Positions 49,426-59,211 of a DNA stretch of 64,000 nt are shown piece by piece; position 1 is the stretch's first letter, and each line of letters opens with the position of its first letter. Source of the DNA: a virus. Under the pieces are notes generated by a model. It searched no databases, was not told the origin of the DNA, and was given only the letters and a program-made list of their open reading frames with translations. A program made the position numbers and the translations under genes. The stretch lies in IMG/VR virus record IMGVR_UViG_3300028654_000015, positions 1 to 64,000 of that record, one strand, 5' to 3'.

Positions 49426-50952
49426 GTGGCATTTCAAAAAAGTGGTACATTGAAATATTGGTCTGATGGACAACCCTTCGTTGGTGTCAGAAGCAAAACT
49501 ATTACATGTCAAGGTGTAAAATATTGGTCAAATGGTCAACCAGGAGAGCCAGTATTTGACGTAGACCAATTCATAACTTGCACTGGTATTGCATCTGCTC
49601 AAGCATTTGGTACCGCATTAATTAATAGATATGTAAATGTTTCTGGTCATAGTATTTCCTCATCTCAAGCATTTGGTAGTGATACTATTGTTTTATATCT
49701 AAATGTTTCTGGTCATAGCATTACAAGTTCAGAAGCATTCGGGACTGCTTTAATTAATAGAAATATATTATGTACTGGTATTGCTTCATCCCAAACATTC
49801 GGGACTGCTTTAATTAATAGAAATATATTATGTACTGGTATTGCTTCATCCCAAGCATTCGGTAGTGATATTATAGTACTATATGAAAAGCCTATAGGTA
49901 TTATTTCTCAAGAAGCATTCGGTACTGCTTTAATTAATAGAAATATATTATGTACTGGTATTGCTTCATCCCAAGCATTCGGTACTGCTTTAGTTACTGA
50001 ATATATAAATGTTTCTGGTCATAGCATTGCAAGTTCAGAAGTATTCGGTACTGCGTTAATTAATAGAAATATTATATGTACGGGTATTGCATCTGCTCAA
50101 GCATTCGGTACTGCTTTAGTTACTGAGTATATAGTACCATCTGGTATTGCATCTGCTCAAGCACTTGGTACCGATTTAATTATTCTATATGAAAAACCAA
50201 CATCTATAGCAAGTGCGGAAGCATTTGGTACTGCTTTAATTGTAGAATATTTAAATGTATCTGGACACAGTATAGCCTCTGGTCAAGCACTTGGTATACC
50301 TTCAGTTTCAGAATCAGTAACAGTTTTTGCAATACCATCTCAAGAAGCATTTGGTACTGCTTTAATTAATAGAAATATTTTTTGTACTTCAATAAATTCA
50401 TCTGAACAGTTTGGTAGTACAACTATAGTTTTATATTTAAAACCAACTACGATAAGTACACAAGAAATAGTATATTCACCAGATGTCTATCAAATTATAC
50501 AAACTGCTGGTATTATATCACAAGAACATATTGGTGATGATTTAATCATTCTATATGAAATACCCAATACAATACCTTCGCAAGAAGCATTTGGTACCTC
50601 TATAATAGTATTATACTTAGTACCAACAACTATATCATCAGAAGAAATTGTATCACCCGCTATTATATTTGCAGAAGATATTACTGATACATCTATACCC
50701 TCTGCTGAAGCATTCGGACTTTCACAACTAAATCTTACTCTATTTGCTACTGATATTATATCATTAGAAGCATTTGAAATTCCAATCATAACAAGAATAT
50801 TGGGTATGACTGGAGTTAGTATTCCAAGTGAAGAAGCATTCGGTCCCAAAATTTGGGTGGTCAATTGTGGCAAACCTGGTGATAAGAGATCACAAATCTA
50901 CTCAAATCGTGGAAGAAACACATTTCCAAAATCTTATAGATATACTACATAA
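49426..50952 (+). CDS. repeat scaffold protein with about 21 copies of a 20-22-aa I.S.EAFG repeat
   Basis: CTGIASSQAFGTALINRNIL-type units; near-identical 60-nt DNA units. Confidence 0.8.
   Translation: MAFQKSGTLKYWSDGQPFVGVRSKTITCQGVKYWSNGQPGEPVFDVDQFITCTGIASAQAFGTALINRYVNVSGHSISSSQAFGSDTIVLYLNVSGHSITSSEAFGTALINRNILCTGIASSQTFGTALINRNILCTGIASSQAFGSDIIVLYEKPIGIISQEAFGTALINRNILCTGIASSQAFGTALVTEYINVSGHSIASSEVFGTALINRNIICTGIASAQAFGTALVTEYIVPSGIASAQALGTDLIILYEKPTSIASAEAFGTALIVEYLNVSGHSIASGQALGIPSVSESVTVFAIPSQEAFGTALINRNIFCTSINSSEQFGSTTIVLYLKPTTISTQEIVYSPDVYQIIQTAGIISQEHIGDDLIILYEIPNTIPSQEAFGTSIIVLYLVPTTISSEEIVSPAIIFAEDITDTSIPSAEAFGLSQLNLTLFATDIISLEAFEIPIITRILGMTGVSIPSEEAFGPKIWVVNCGKPGDKRSQIYSNRGRNTFPKSYRYTT
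49741..49980 (+). repeat. 60-nt near-perfect coding tandem repeats
   Basis: Units at 49741, 49801 and 49921 differ by 1-2 nt. Confidence 0.9.
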
Positions 50953-50960
50953 TATAAATA
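50953..50960 (+). promoter_or_regulatory. T4-type late promoter
   Basis: TATAAATA upstream of the 135-aa subunit gene. Confidence 0.75.
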
Positions 50961-50994
50961 CTAAAGAGATATATTCTTATAAAGGAACATCACA

Positions 50995-51402
50995 ATGGCC
51001 AATGCACTTTATGATCTTGGACGACAAGCATTCCTCGAAGGCTCAATTGCTTGGTTGACTGATTCTATCAAAGCAGTTCTCGTAGATACTACACTCTATA
51101 CTGTAAACCTTGCTACCCATCAATTTTTGAGTAGCATTGCTTCAGGTGCTCGTGTTTCTACTTCTGGTAACTTTACAACCAAAACATCGTCTGCTGGTGT
51201 TGCTGATGCTGATGACGTTACTTTTTCTCTTGTAACTGGTGCACAGGTAGAAGCAATAGTAATCTATAAAGATACTGGTTCTCCTGCTACTTCACCACTT
51301 ATTGCATACATTGATACTGCTACAGGACTTCCTGTAACACCCAATGGTGGTAATATTACAGTTCAATGGGATAATGGTTCAAACAGAATCTTTAAACTCT
51401 AA
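50995..51402 (+). CDS. small virion fibre subunit
   Basis: MANALYD.G..AFL.G..W.TD.IK.VLVD ... DADDVTF ... LP.TPNGG.I.V.W pattern recalled from phage structural proteins; own promoter and AAGGA RBS. Confidence 0.7.
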   Translation: MANALYDLGRQAFLEGSIAWLTDSIKAVLVDTTLYTVNLATHQFLSSIASGARVSTSGNFTTKTSSAGVADADDVTFSLVTGAQVEAIVIYKDTGSPATSPLIAYIDTATGLPVTPNGGNITVQWDNGSNRIFKL

Positions 51403-51428
51403 TTGATACTCAAAATATACGGAATTAA

Positions 51429-51779
51429 ATGTCCATAGATGTCCGTAAATTTCTTATTAAAATGCCATATGACGAATTCGATTTAGATTTCGATTTCGGT
51501 GGCCCTTTAACTGAACTTCCACCAGGCACTACTCACATAGTATCTAATACTCTATCTGCAATTAAGTGGCCTAGAACACAGCCAACTAATGCATCAGATG
51601 CAACCAGTGAGATTCTGTTTTCCAATATAGGTGTTATTCTCTCACCAGAGAACACTTCATTAAGAATTCGTATCCAAGGTGGCACAGATGGATATGACTA
51701 TAAGATAACAATAAGAGTAGTATTCGATGACGCATCAAGATTGGAAAATGAGTTCTATATAAGAGTGCGTCAGGAATAA
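51429..51779 (+). CDS. fibre adaptor-like protein
   Basis: K.P.D..D..FDF ... I.GG.DG..Y.IT ... E..F.I.V pattern recalled from phage fibre-adaptor proteins. Confidence 0.65.
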   Translation: MSIDVRKFLIKMPYDEFDLDFDFGGPLTELPPGTTHIVSNTLSAIKWPRTQPTNASDATSEILFSNIGVILSPENTSLRIRIQGGTDGYDYKITIRVVFDDASRLENEFYIRVRQE

Positions 51780-51796
51780 GAGAAAAACACAAATAA

Positions 51797-51804
51797 TATA
51801 AATA
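51797..51804 (+). promoter_or_regulatory. T4-type late promoter
   Basis: TATAAATA upstream of gp22. Confidence 0.75.
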
Positions 51805-51838
51805 TTCGTAGTCAAATATTTGATCAGGAGATTATCCA

Positions 51839-53188
51839 ATGTCAAGCAAGAGAAAGACACTTAAAGAACTGCGTGAAGGTCATGAAGAGAATCTTCCTAC
51901 TCATGCTTCAGATGCAGGAAAAGAGGTTCCAGATTCCCTAAAAGGAAAACTTGGAAAGCGTCCCGCAAAAGCAGAACTTGATGGTATCGCTGTAGCAAAT
52001 GCATCAGCAAAACACGGCAATGCACAAGGTGCACAATTGCCTTCAGAAGAAGATCTAGAAAAAGAAAGAGAAGCAATCCCACATGCTGAATTAGTAAAGA
52101 CTGATGCTAAAAGAGGCAAATCTCCTATTCATGAAGCAGAATATCTTGATCGTGATAAAGATCTTTTGTTCAAGGAAAATGAAGATAATCCAGATATGGC
52201 TGACACAGGAAAACTTCATAGTGAAGCACCACATCATGATGCAAATTTACCAACTCATGCTAGTGCTGCGAGTTCAGAAGTTCCAGATTCTATGAAAGGA
52301 AAACTTGGTGATCGTAAACCTGCTCTTGAGCATGATATGAGCGATATGGATGATAAAAAAGATGAGATGAACGAAGGAATGGATTCCGAAAAAGAAGAAA
52401 TGGAAGACGAAAAAGATAGTGAAAAGAAAGAGAAAGAAGTAGATAAAAAAGAGATGAATGAACATCTTGCTGCTCTTACTCGTGGAGAAATTCTTCCTGA
52501 AGAATTCAAAACAAAAGCACAAACTCTTTTCGAGGCAGCAGTTCATGCTTCAGTAAAACGAAGAAGTGATGTTCAAAAGAAAAAGTTAAATGATAAGTAC
52601 AAGAAAGCAGTTGCTTCTAAAAATAAAGAAATAACTGAAGCACTTGTAGAAAAAGTTGATGCATACCTCGACTACATTGTAGAAGAGTGGATGGAAGAAA
52701 ATAAAGTTGCAGTTGAGTCTGGTTTAAAAACAGAAATTGTTGAGAAATTCATTGGTGGTCTAAAAGGACTATTTGAATCTCATTATATTGAAATTCCAGA
52801 AACAAAAGAAGATCTTCTTGAAGTAGAACTAAAAAAGAGTGCAGAACTAGAAAAATCACTCAATGAAGAAATTGAAAGAGGAATTGCTTCAAAGAAGAAA
52901 ATCGATTCTTTTGAAAAGAATGCAGTTGTGCGTTCTATTTCTGAAGATTTGAGTGATGTCCAAGTATCAAAGTTACAAAAACTTTGTGAAGGAATCTCTT
53001 TTGAAAGTGCTGAACATTTTGCTCAGAAGGCAAAAACCATTAAAAATCATTATTTCCCTAAACCAACAACCAAGAATGCAGAGGCAACTAATTCTGGATT
53101 GGTAGAAGGATCTGATGTTGGAAATGAAGCAAGTGCGCCAGAGATGGTTGCGTTGGCTGAAGCAATGTCAAAAATCGTGAAAAGATAA
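51839..53188 (+). CDS. gp22: prohead core scaffold protein with long N-terminal extension
   Basis: EEFKTKA.TLFEAAV, KVDAYLDYIVEEWMEENK.AVE.G.KTEI. Confidence 0.92.
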   Translation: MSSKRKTLKELREGHEENLPTHASDAGKEVPDSLKGKLGKRPAKAELDGIAVANASAKHGNAQGAQLPSEEDLEKEREAIPHAELVKTDAKRGKSPIHEAEYLDRDKDLLFKENEDNPDMADTGKLHSEAPHHDANLPTHASAASSEVPDSMKGKLGDRKPALEHDMSDMDDKKDEMNEGMDSEKEEMEDEKDSEKKEKEVDKKEMNEHLAALTRGEILPEEFKTKAQTLFEAAVHASVKRRSDVQKKKLNDKYKKAVASKNKEITEALVEKVDAYLDYIVEEWMEENKVAVESGLKTEIVEKFIGGLKGLFESHYIEIPETKEDLLEVELKKSAELEKSLNEEIERGIASKKKIDSFEKNAVVRSISEDLSDVQVSKLQKLCEGISFESAEHFAQKAKTIKNHYFPKPTTKNAEATNSGLVEGSDVGNEASAPEMVALAEAMSKIVKR

Positions 53189-53193
53189 GTAAA

Positions 53194-53201
53194 TATAAAT
53201 A
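53194..53201 (+). promoter_or_regulatory. T4-type late promoter
   Basis: TATAAATA upstream of gp23. Confidence 0.8.
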
Positions 53202-53234
53202 ATTTAGTTAGTTTAATTACTAAGGAGTCAAACA

Positions 53235-54542
53235 ATGTATCTTTCTGAAGACCTTCAAAAGAAATGGGAATCGGTGCTAGAGCATCAGGATCTTCCCAAA
53301 TTAAATTCACATAAGAAAGCAGTTCTTTCGGTTCTTCTTGAGAACCAAGAAAGAGAAACTCGCAACGATGGAACAACCCGTTCTGGACTTCTCCAAGAAA
53401 GTTCGCCAGCAAATGCTAGTGCAGGGTTTCCAAATAACAACGCAAATCTAAAAGGTTATGATCCAGTTTTGATCTCTTTGATCAGACGTGCTCTTCCTAA
53501 CCTAATCGCATTTGACGTGTGTGGCGTTCAGCCAATGAAGGCTCCCACGGGATTGATTTTTGCAATGAAGTCACGTTATACCTCACAAGGTGGAAACGAA
53601 GCATTATTCTTCGAAGCAGACAGTTCTTTCTCTGGTAATCTTCAAGATGCTAACTCATCTCCTCTTGATCCATTTGGTCCTCCTACACCAGGTCGTCCTC
53701 TCACCACATCTGATGGTGAAGCATTGGGTGACGGTACTGCAACCTCTACCAAGCCTGCTCAATTCCCAGAAATGGCGTTCAGCATTGACAAGGTAACAGT
53801 TGAAGCAAAGACTCGTGCTCTTAAAGCAGAGTACACAATGGAAATCGCGCAAGATCTTAAAGCAGTACACGGACTTGATGCTGAAGCAGAACTTGCGAAT
53901 ATTCTTTCAGCAGAAATTCTTGCTGAAATCAACCGAGAAATTATCCGTACTATTTACAACAACGCAGTACTTGGTGCACAGAATGATGTTGCAACCCCTG
54001 GTACTTTTGACCTTGATGTAGATTCAAACGGACGTTGGTCAGTTGAAAAGTACAAAGGTTTGATGGTTCAGATCGAAAGAGATGCTAACGCAATTGCGAA
54101 AGCAACTCGTAGAGGTCGTGGTAACTTCCTGATTTGCGATTCTGATACTGCTTCTGCTCTTTCAGTTGCAGGTCTTCTCGACATCGGAAGTGCTCTCAAA
54201 GATAATCTAAATGTTGATGATACTGGTAACACTTTTGTCGGTGTTCTTAACGGACGTTTCAAAGTGTTTATCGATCCATATGCAGTACTTGGTAGCAACT
54301 TCTATGTTTGCGGATTCAAGGGTGCAAATCAATACGATGCTGGTCTCTTTTACTGCCCTTACGTACCTCTTCAGATGGTTCGTGCTGTTGGTGAAGAAAC
54401 TTTCCAACCTAAAATTGGATTCAAGACTCGTTATGGTATCGTAACTAACCCATTTGGTAATGCAAATGGTAACTCAGACGGTTCTCTTGCACAAAGAGCA
54501 AACGTCTATTATCGTGCCGTGAAAGTACTTCATTTACTTTAG
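53235..54542 (+). CDS. gp23: major capsid protein
   Basis: DPVLISLIRRALPNLIAFDVCGVQPM, HGLDAEAELANIL, FQPKIGFKTRYG. Confidence 0.98.
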   Translation: MYLSEDLQKKWESVLEHQDLPKLNSHKKAVLSVLLENQERETRNDGTTRSGLLQESSPANASAGFPNNNANLKGYDPVLISLIRRALPNLIAFDVCGVQPMKAPTGLIFAMKSRYTSQGGNEALFFEADSSFSGNLQDANSSPLDPFGPPTPGRPLTTSDGEALGDGTATSTKPAQFPEMAFSIDKVTVEAKTRALKAEYTMEIAQDLKAVHGLDAEAELANILSAEILAEINREIIRTIYNNAVLGAQNDVATPGTFDLDVDSNGRWSVEKYKGLMVQIERDANAIAKATRRGRGNFLICDSDTASALSVAGLLDIGSALKDNLNVDDTGNTFVGVLNGRFKVFIDPYAVLGSNFYVCGFKGANQYDAGLFYCPYVPLQMVRAVGEETFQPKIGFKTRYGIVTNPFGNANGNSDGSLAQRANVYYRAVKVLHLL

Positions 54543-54573
54543 AAGTAATTTCAATAACTTAGAAATAAGTTTT

Positions 54574-54601
54574 AAAAATGGGTCCTTCGGGACCCATTTT
54601 T
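54574..54601 (+). terminator. intrinsic terminator with cUUCGg tetraloop
   Basis: AAAAATGGGTCC-TTCG-GGACCCATTTTT after gp23. Confidence 0.9.
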
Positions 54602-54611
54602 ATTGGTTCTA

Positions 54612-54640
54612 TTGACGGAAAGAAAAACTTGTGTTATTCT
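54612..54640 (+). promoter_or_regulatory. sigma70-type promoter, probably leaderless
   Basis: TTGACG-N17-TATTCT with TG extension; ATG at 54647. Confidence 0.6.
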
Positions 54641-54646
54641 AATAAC

Positions 54647-56002
54647 ATGAGAAAACCCAAACAATATTATAATTCTATCACTAAAAAGATGATAGAAAAT
54701 GATGTGGAAAATAATCTATCTCAATATGAGATTGCCAATAAGTATGGCATTACTAGACAATTTGTTAGAGATTTGTTTCATAAATTTGGAATTACAATAT
54801 CAAATAGAAGAACACAACCACCAATAGATAAAGATATTCTAATAAAAGAAAATCATAAAAATCTATTAACCTTAAAACAAATTTCAGCAAAATATAATAG
54901 AACATATAAATCTATAAAGGATATGTTTAAGAAATATAACATATCACCCAAGAATAATGTAATTCATAAAAATATTATAAAAAGAGAAGAAATATTAAAT
55001 TCGATAGAACTAAATCAATTATATGGAAAATTAACAAAAATAGAAGTACAAAAACAATTAAATATTGGACAAAAATATTTGGATGAAGCACTAAAAGAAA
55101 AAAATATAGAGAGGAAATTCTTTAATAGATCTTCACAAGAAAAAGAACTTGAGGCACATTTGAAAGCAGTAATGCCAAATGAAACTATATTATCAAATGT
55201 TAAAAACATAATTTCAAAAGAAATAGATATATTTGTTCCTAATAAAAATGTTGGTATAGAATTGCATGGGTTATATTGGCATAATCCTATAGTAAAAAAT
55301 ATTGGTAAGAAATATCATTACGATAAAGCCACAGAAGCACACCATAAAGATATACTATTGCTTCAGTTCTTTGAAGACGAATGGATATTAAAGAAAGAAA
55401 TATGCAAATCTATTATATTAACAAATCTTGGAATATACCAAAAATTGTATGCGAGAAAATGTAGTATTAAAATAATCACAAACCAAGAAACGAAAGAATT
55501 TTGTGAACATAACCATCTTCAAGGTCACACAAATGCTAGTGTTTGTCTTGGATTATATTATAATACAACCTTAGTTTCTATAATGTCTTTTGGACGACCA
55601 AGATTTCATAAATCGGCACCAAAAGATCAATGGGAATTATTGCGATTTTGTTCTATATTGAACACCAAAGTTATTGGTGGTGCATCTAAATTATTTTCTT
55701 ATTTTATTAATAATTTTAAACCGAAGCATATATATTCATATTCAGATAGAAGAATATCAAAAGGAGATTTATATACGAAACTAAATTTCAAATTAGAAAA
55801 GATAACAGAACCGAATTATAGTTATATTGTAGGCAAACAAAGATCAAATAGAATGAATTGGCAAAAAAACAAATTGAAAACTAAATTAAAAATATTCGAT
55901 CCAAACTTAACAGAAATCGAAAATATGGTTCTTAACAAGTACTTTCCAATATACGATGCAGGAAATATATTATGGTCATGGTCAAATGAAAATAAATCTT
56001 AA
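54647..56002 (+). mobile_element. free-standing Hef-like homing endonuclease with N-terminal HTH repeats
   Basis: EIANKYGIT/QISAKYN HTHs; EIDIFVP..GIELHGLYWH..FEDEW nuclease; YARKC..NHLQG..GGASKL..YSDRR..YDAG; true start downstream of the terminator. Confidence 0.8.
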
Positions 56003-57074
56003 TACACTAGACCCTCTAAACTTTCGAATAACTAAACATATAATTGCTAATGAAGAGTGTACATTTGTTACTCCTCTATCCATAATGGCCGACTGGACTG
56101 CCCACAACTTACATCTAAGATCTTCTATCTGGAATTCACAAGGTGAATTAATTTCTGCGAGTTACCCAAAGTTTTTTAATCTAGAAGAAAAACCAAATAT
56201 TACACCATTTGACGGAAATTTAACTAATTGTTCTATCGTAGACAAAGTAGATGGATCTGCCCTAATATTTTCTAGATACAAGGGGCAACAAATACTTCGC
56301 ACTAGAGGTAATATCGATGCATATAATATGCCCAATGGTGATGATTTAATATATTTTGAACAATATATTTTACCCAAAATTCCAAAAGATGATACACTAA
56401 ATGCTTCTTATATTTTTGAATGGACCTCTCCAAGAAATAGAATTGTGGTAGATTATGGCAATCAACCAAGATTTCAATTGACTAATATAATATCTCATAC
56501 AGACTATTCACTAACATCACAGAATGAATTGGATACATTAGCATTCGAAAGAAAATACGATAGACCAATGAGAATTAGATTCGAATGTAATAGTATAGAA
56601 TTGTTAATTAACGATATTAAAGGATGGAAAAATAGTGAAGGTATTTGTTTATATTACAATAATGATCAAAATATAAGAAAAATCAAATCAACATGGTATT
56701 TAAAATGTCATGCAATGAAATCTCAATGTAATATGAAAACCATGCTAGAATTATATGATGTATATGAAAGACCAGATAAGAAAACATTCCATGAAAGATT
56801 TGATAAAGAGTTTGATTTTGAAATCTCTACTATAGCAAAACCTTTGATTAATCAACTATATGAAGCAGAGACAAAAACCAAAGAATCGAGAAATGAAGTA
56901 ATTCAGTTTACTATAGAAAATTCTAGTTTAAACGATAAAGACTTTGCTATGTTGGTGAATAAGAAATACCAACTAGAAAACTATACAAAGCCATTAGCAT
57001 TCGCATTAAGAAAAAAGAAATCAATAGATCTTATTGTACTAAACATGATGAAACATGAATTATCTACAATATAA
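55986..57074 (+). CDS. rnlA: RNA ligase 1 (T4 RnlA-like)
   Basis: KFFNLEE, DKVDGS adenylation motif, FEW, EG, KIKS.WY. Confidence 0.8.
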   Translation: MKINLNTLDPLNFRITKHIIANEECTFVTPLSIMADWTAHNLHLRSSIWNSQGELISASYPKFFNLEEKPNITPFDGNLTNCSIVDKVDGSALIFSRYKGQQILRTRGNIDAYNMPNGDDLIYFEQYILPKIPKDDTLNASYIFEWTSPRNRIVVDYGNQPRFQLTNIISHTDYSLTSQNELDTLAFERKYDRPMRIRFECNSIELLINDIKGWKNSEGICLYYNNDQNIRKIKSTWYLKCHAMKSQCNMKTMLELYDVYERPDKKTFHERFDKEFDFEISTIAKPLINQLYEAETKTKESRNEVIQFTIENSSLNDKDFAMLVNKKYQLENYTKPLAFALRKKKSIDLIVLNMMKHELSTI

Positions 57075-57309
57075 AGAAGATAATAAAAACATAAATTTAC
57101 TAACCAATGAAGTTAAGAGTCTTTTAAAACTTTATAGACCAGATCTAGATTCTGGCCAAATAGTATGGCATTTAATATCTGGACTTATAACTGGTTATAT
57201 AGTCAATGATGAATATATCGTATTTACTAGAATCTCTAAAGATCTAGGGTTTAGTAATGTAGAACACTTAAAGAGAGCCCTACAGCCAAATTTTACTTGG
57301 AAACCATAA
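57055..57309 (+). CDS. hypothetical protein
   Basis: tiled ORF. Confidence 0.55.
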   Translation: MNYLQYKEDNKNINLLTNEVKSLLKLYRPDLDSGQIVWHLISGLITGYIVNDEYIVFTRISKDLGFSNVEHLKRALQPNFTWKP

Positions 57310-57312
57310 ATA
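57305..57312 (+). promoter_or_regulatory. T4-type late promoter variant
   Basis: CATAAATA upstream of gp3. Confidence 0.55.
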
Positions 57313-57318
57313 CTATGC

Positions 57319-57873
57319 ATGGTAGATATAAGAGCATTTTCTTCACCTTTAAAGTATCAAGTTTCGATTACAAGATGTCCAAATACGACATTTTTCGTAC
57401 AATCGGTGACTCTGCCCGGTCTCACAATAGGTACTGCAACGGCTGGCACCCCCTTCAGTAAACTATTCTTTCAAGGAGACCACTTAACCTGGGGTACCTT
57501 CGATCTAACCTTCAAATTAGATGCAGAATGGAGTAATTGGTATGAAATTCAAAATTGGATAATAGGTCAAGGGTTTCCACGTAATTTTGGTGAATACCAA
57601 GCATTGAAGTCCGGAACCGATAAAAATCTTGATAATGGACCATTAGTACCGCCTAAAAAACAACAATTGAAAAGAAAAGATGGCGATATTTACTCTCAAA
57701 TTATATTAGAGATATTAACAAGTAAGAACAATCCAATTGTTGAATTCCAATTTAAAGATGCATTTCCAGTTGCGCTAAGTCCCTTGGAACTAGATTCTAC
57801 TAAAGAAGATGTTGAATTTTTAACTGCTTCTGTTACATTTAAGTATACGTACTACACAGTTATACGTCCTTAA
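57319..57873 (+). CDS. gp3: tail tube terminator / tail completion protein
   Basis: PNTTFFVQSVTLPG, NWYEIQNWI, FKDAFPVALS, ASVTFKY. Confidence 0.9.
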   Translation: MVDIRAFSSPLKYQVSITRCPNTTFFVQSVTLPGLTIGTATAGTPFSKLFFQGDHLTWGTFDLTFKLDAEWSNWYEIQNWIIGQGFPRNFGEYQALKSGTDKNLDNGPLVPPKKQQLKRKDGDIYSQIILEILTSKNNPIVEFQFKDAFPVALSPLELDSTKEDVEFLTASVTFKYTYYTVIRP

Positions 57874-57886
57874 TAGTAATTTCATT

Positions 57887-58066
57887 ATGAATGAATACGA
57901 ATATAGAGACCAGCATCATCCGTGGTGCAATAAACAAACGGGACCTATTGAAGAATGTCATTTTTGTTCGAAAAAAGGTAAAGACTTCTTTGGAAAATAT
58001 CCATTAGAAGAAGATGGTGATATAGATGTTCACAAATATTTTACTGATGTAATAGAACGTAAATAA
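57887..58066 (+). CDS. 59-aa Cys/His protein (not in ORF track)
   Basis: Own translation MNEYEYRDQHHPWCN...CHFC...; fills the gap. Confidence 0.55.
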   Translation: MNEYEYRDQHHPWCNKQTGPIEECHFCSKKGKDFFGKYPLEEDGDIDVHKYFTDVIERK

Positions 58067-58068
58067 CT

Positions 58069-58407
58069 ATGGCAAAGAAAATAATTAGACCTAAGAAAAT
58101 AAAAATCAATGAAAGCGAATACAAGATAGTATCTCGTTCTAAATCTTGGGAACGCAAACATAAAGCACTTGGTCAAATTCATTATGATAAGCATCTCATA
58201 GAACTATTCAAAAATCAACCATCAGATGAACTAATTGATAGCACCATACATGAAATCATGCATGGTATTATCAAAGAACATGAAGTCAAATTAGATGGTA
58301 GAAAAGAAGAAGCATTAGTAACAGGTCTAGCAAATGGGCTTACACAAGTTTTTAGAGACAATCCAAATCTTCTTATTTGGTTCTATAACAAGATTCAAAA
58401 GCCATAA
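58069..58407 (+). CDS. minimal zincin-like HExxH protein
   Basis: TIHEIMHGI..EEALV..LANGL..VFRDNP. Confidence 0.75.
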   Translation: MAKKIIRPKKIKINESEYKIVSRSKSWERKHKALGQIHYDKHLIELFKNQPSDELIDSTIHEIMHGIIKEHEVKLDGRKEEALVTGLANGLTQVFRDNPNLLIWFYNKIQKP

Positions 58408-58410
58408 GAT

Positions 58411-58647
58411 ATGAAGGTTCCAAATTGGTTAATGACCATCAAAGAAGGTGATGAGTTAATTTTGTATTTTCCCTATACAGGGGATCTAGTTAATGCTAAA
58501 GTATTAACCAAACAAGATCACATGAATGGATTTTGTGCGAAATATAAAATAAAAGACTTAAATTTTAGTAAATGGTTGTTCTATGCAGATTATGCAAATG
58601 ATGATGCAAATTCTATGAAGTGGTTAGCATATGAAGTCTCAAAATGA
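58411..58647 (+). CDS. hypothetical protein
   Basis: tiled ORF. Confidence 0.55.
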   Translation: MKVPNWLMTIKEGDELILYFPYTGDLVNAKVLTKQDHMNGFCAKYKIKDLNFSKWLFYADYANDDANSMKWLAYEVSK

Positions 58648-58828
58648 AAAAATGATTGCATGGAATCCTAAAACTGTCATAGGAATGGGAGATAAATGTA
58701 GAGTGCTAGATGGTACATTTACTGGCATTCTTAATGATCGTTTAATAGTTTTTGTTGACCCATATACACTTAGAGATGAAACTATAGAAGAATCTAGAAA
58801 AAGATTGGTAAATCATAATGAAGATTAA
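58631..58828 (+). CDS. hypothetical protein
   Basis: tiled ORF. Confidence 0.5.
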   Translation: MKSQNEKMIAWNPKTVIGMGDKCRVLDGTFTGILNDRLIVFVDPYTLRDETIEESRKRLVNHNED

Positions 58829-58830
58829 AC

Positions 58831-59211
58831 ATGAAGTTAATAATAGCAGGTTCTAGAAATTATAATAATTATAATTTCATCAAAGAATCAGTTCAAAATA
58901 TAATGAGAGAGTCTTATAATTCTGGTATTGCATTACAGATCGAAAGTATAGTTTCTGGTGGTGCTAATGGTGTTGATAAATTAGGAGAACAGTTTGCTAA
59001 AGAATTCAATATACCATGTATTGTATTTCCTGCTAATTGGTCAAAACATGGTAAAGCGGCAGGACCAATAAGAAACAAAGAAATGGCAGAATTTGCAGAT
59101 ACATTGATAGCATTTCCAGATATGAAAAGTATTGGAACTATTAATATGATTACAACCATGAAAAATTTAAACAAAAAAGTATATGTAGTGGAAATTAAAG
59201 ATGTTAAATGA
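58831..59211 (+). CDS. SLOG/DUF2493 (YspA-like) nucleotide-binding protein
   Basis: IIAGSR, VSGGA.GVD, W..HGKAAGPIRN.EMA. Confidence 0.85.
   Translation: MKLIIAGSRNYNNYNFIKESVQNIMRESYNSGIALQIESIVSGGANGVDKLGEQFAKEFNIPCIVFPANWSKHGKAAGPIRNKEMAEFADTLIAFPDMKSIGTINMITTMKNLNKKVYVVEIKDVK

Noticed and set aside
49580-50860. CRISPR array or DGR template/variable repeat
   Set aside because: The repeats are in-frame coding units without unique spacers. There is no adenine-specific mismatch pattern and no cas or reverse transcriptase gene in the window.
54578-54646. ORF-track N-terminus MGPSGPIF of the endonuclease
   Set aside because: It runs through the UUCG terminator hairpin and the promoter. ATG 54647 is the plausible start.
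11274-56377. Many minus-strand and alternate-frame ORFs overlapping structural genes (e.g. 31058-31513, 32135-32608, 46923-47348, 53050-53412)
   Set aside because: These are shadow ORFs produced by codon bias of the real + strand genes, with no motifs or RBS.
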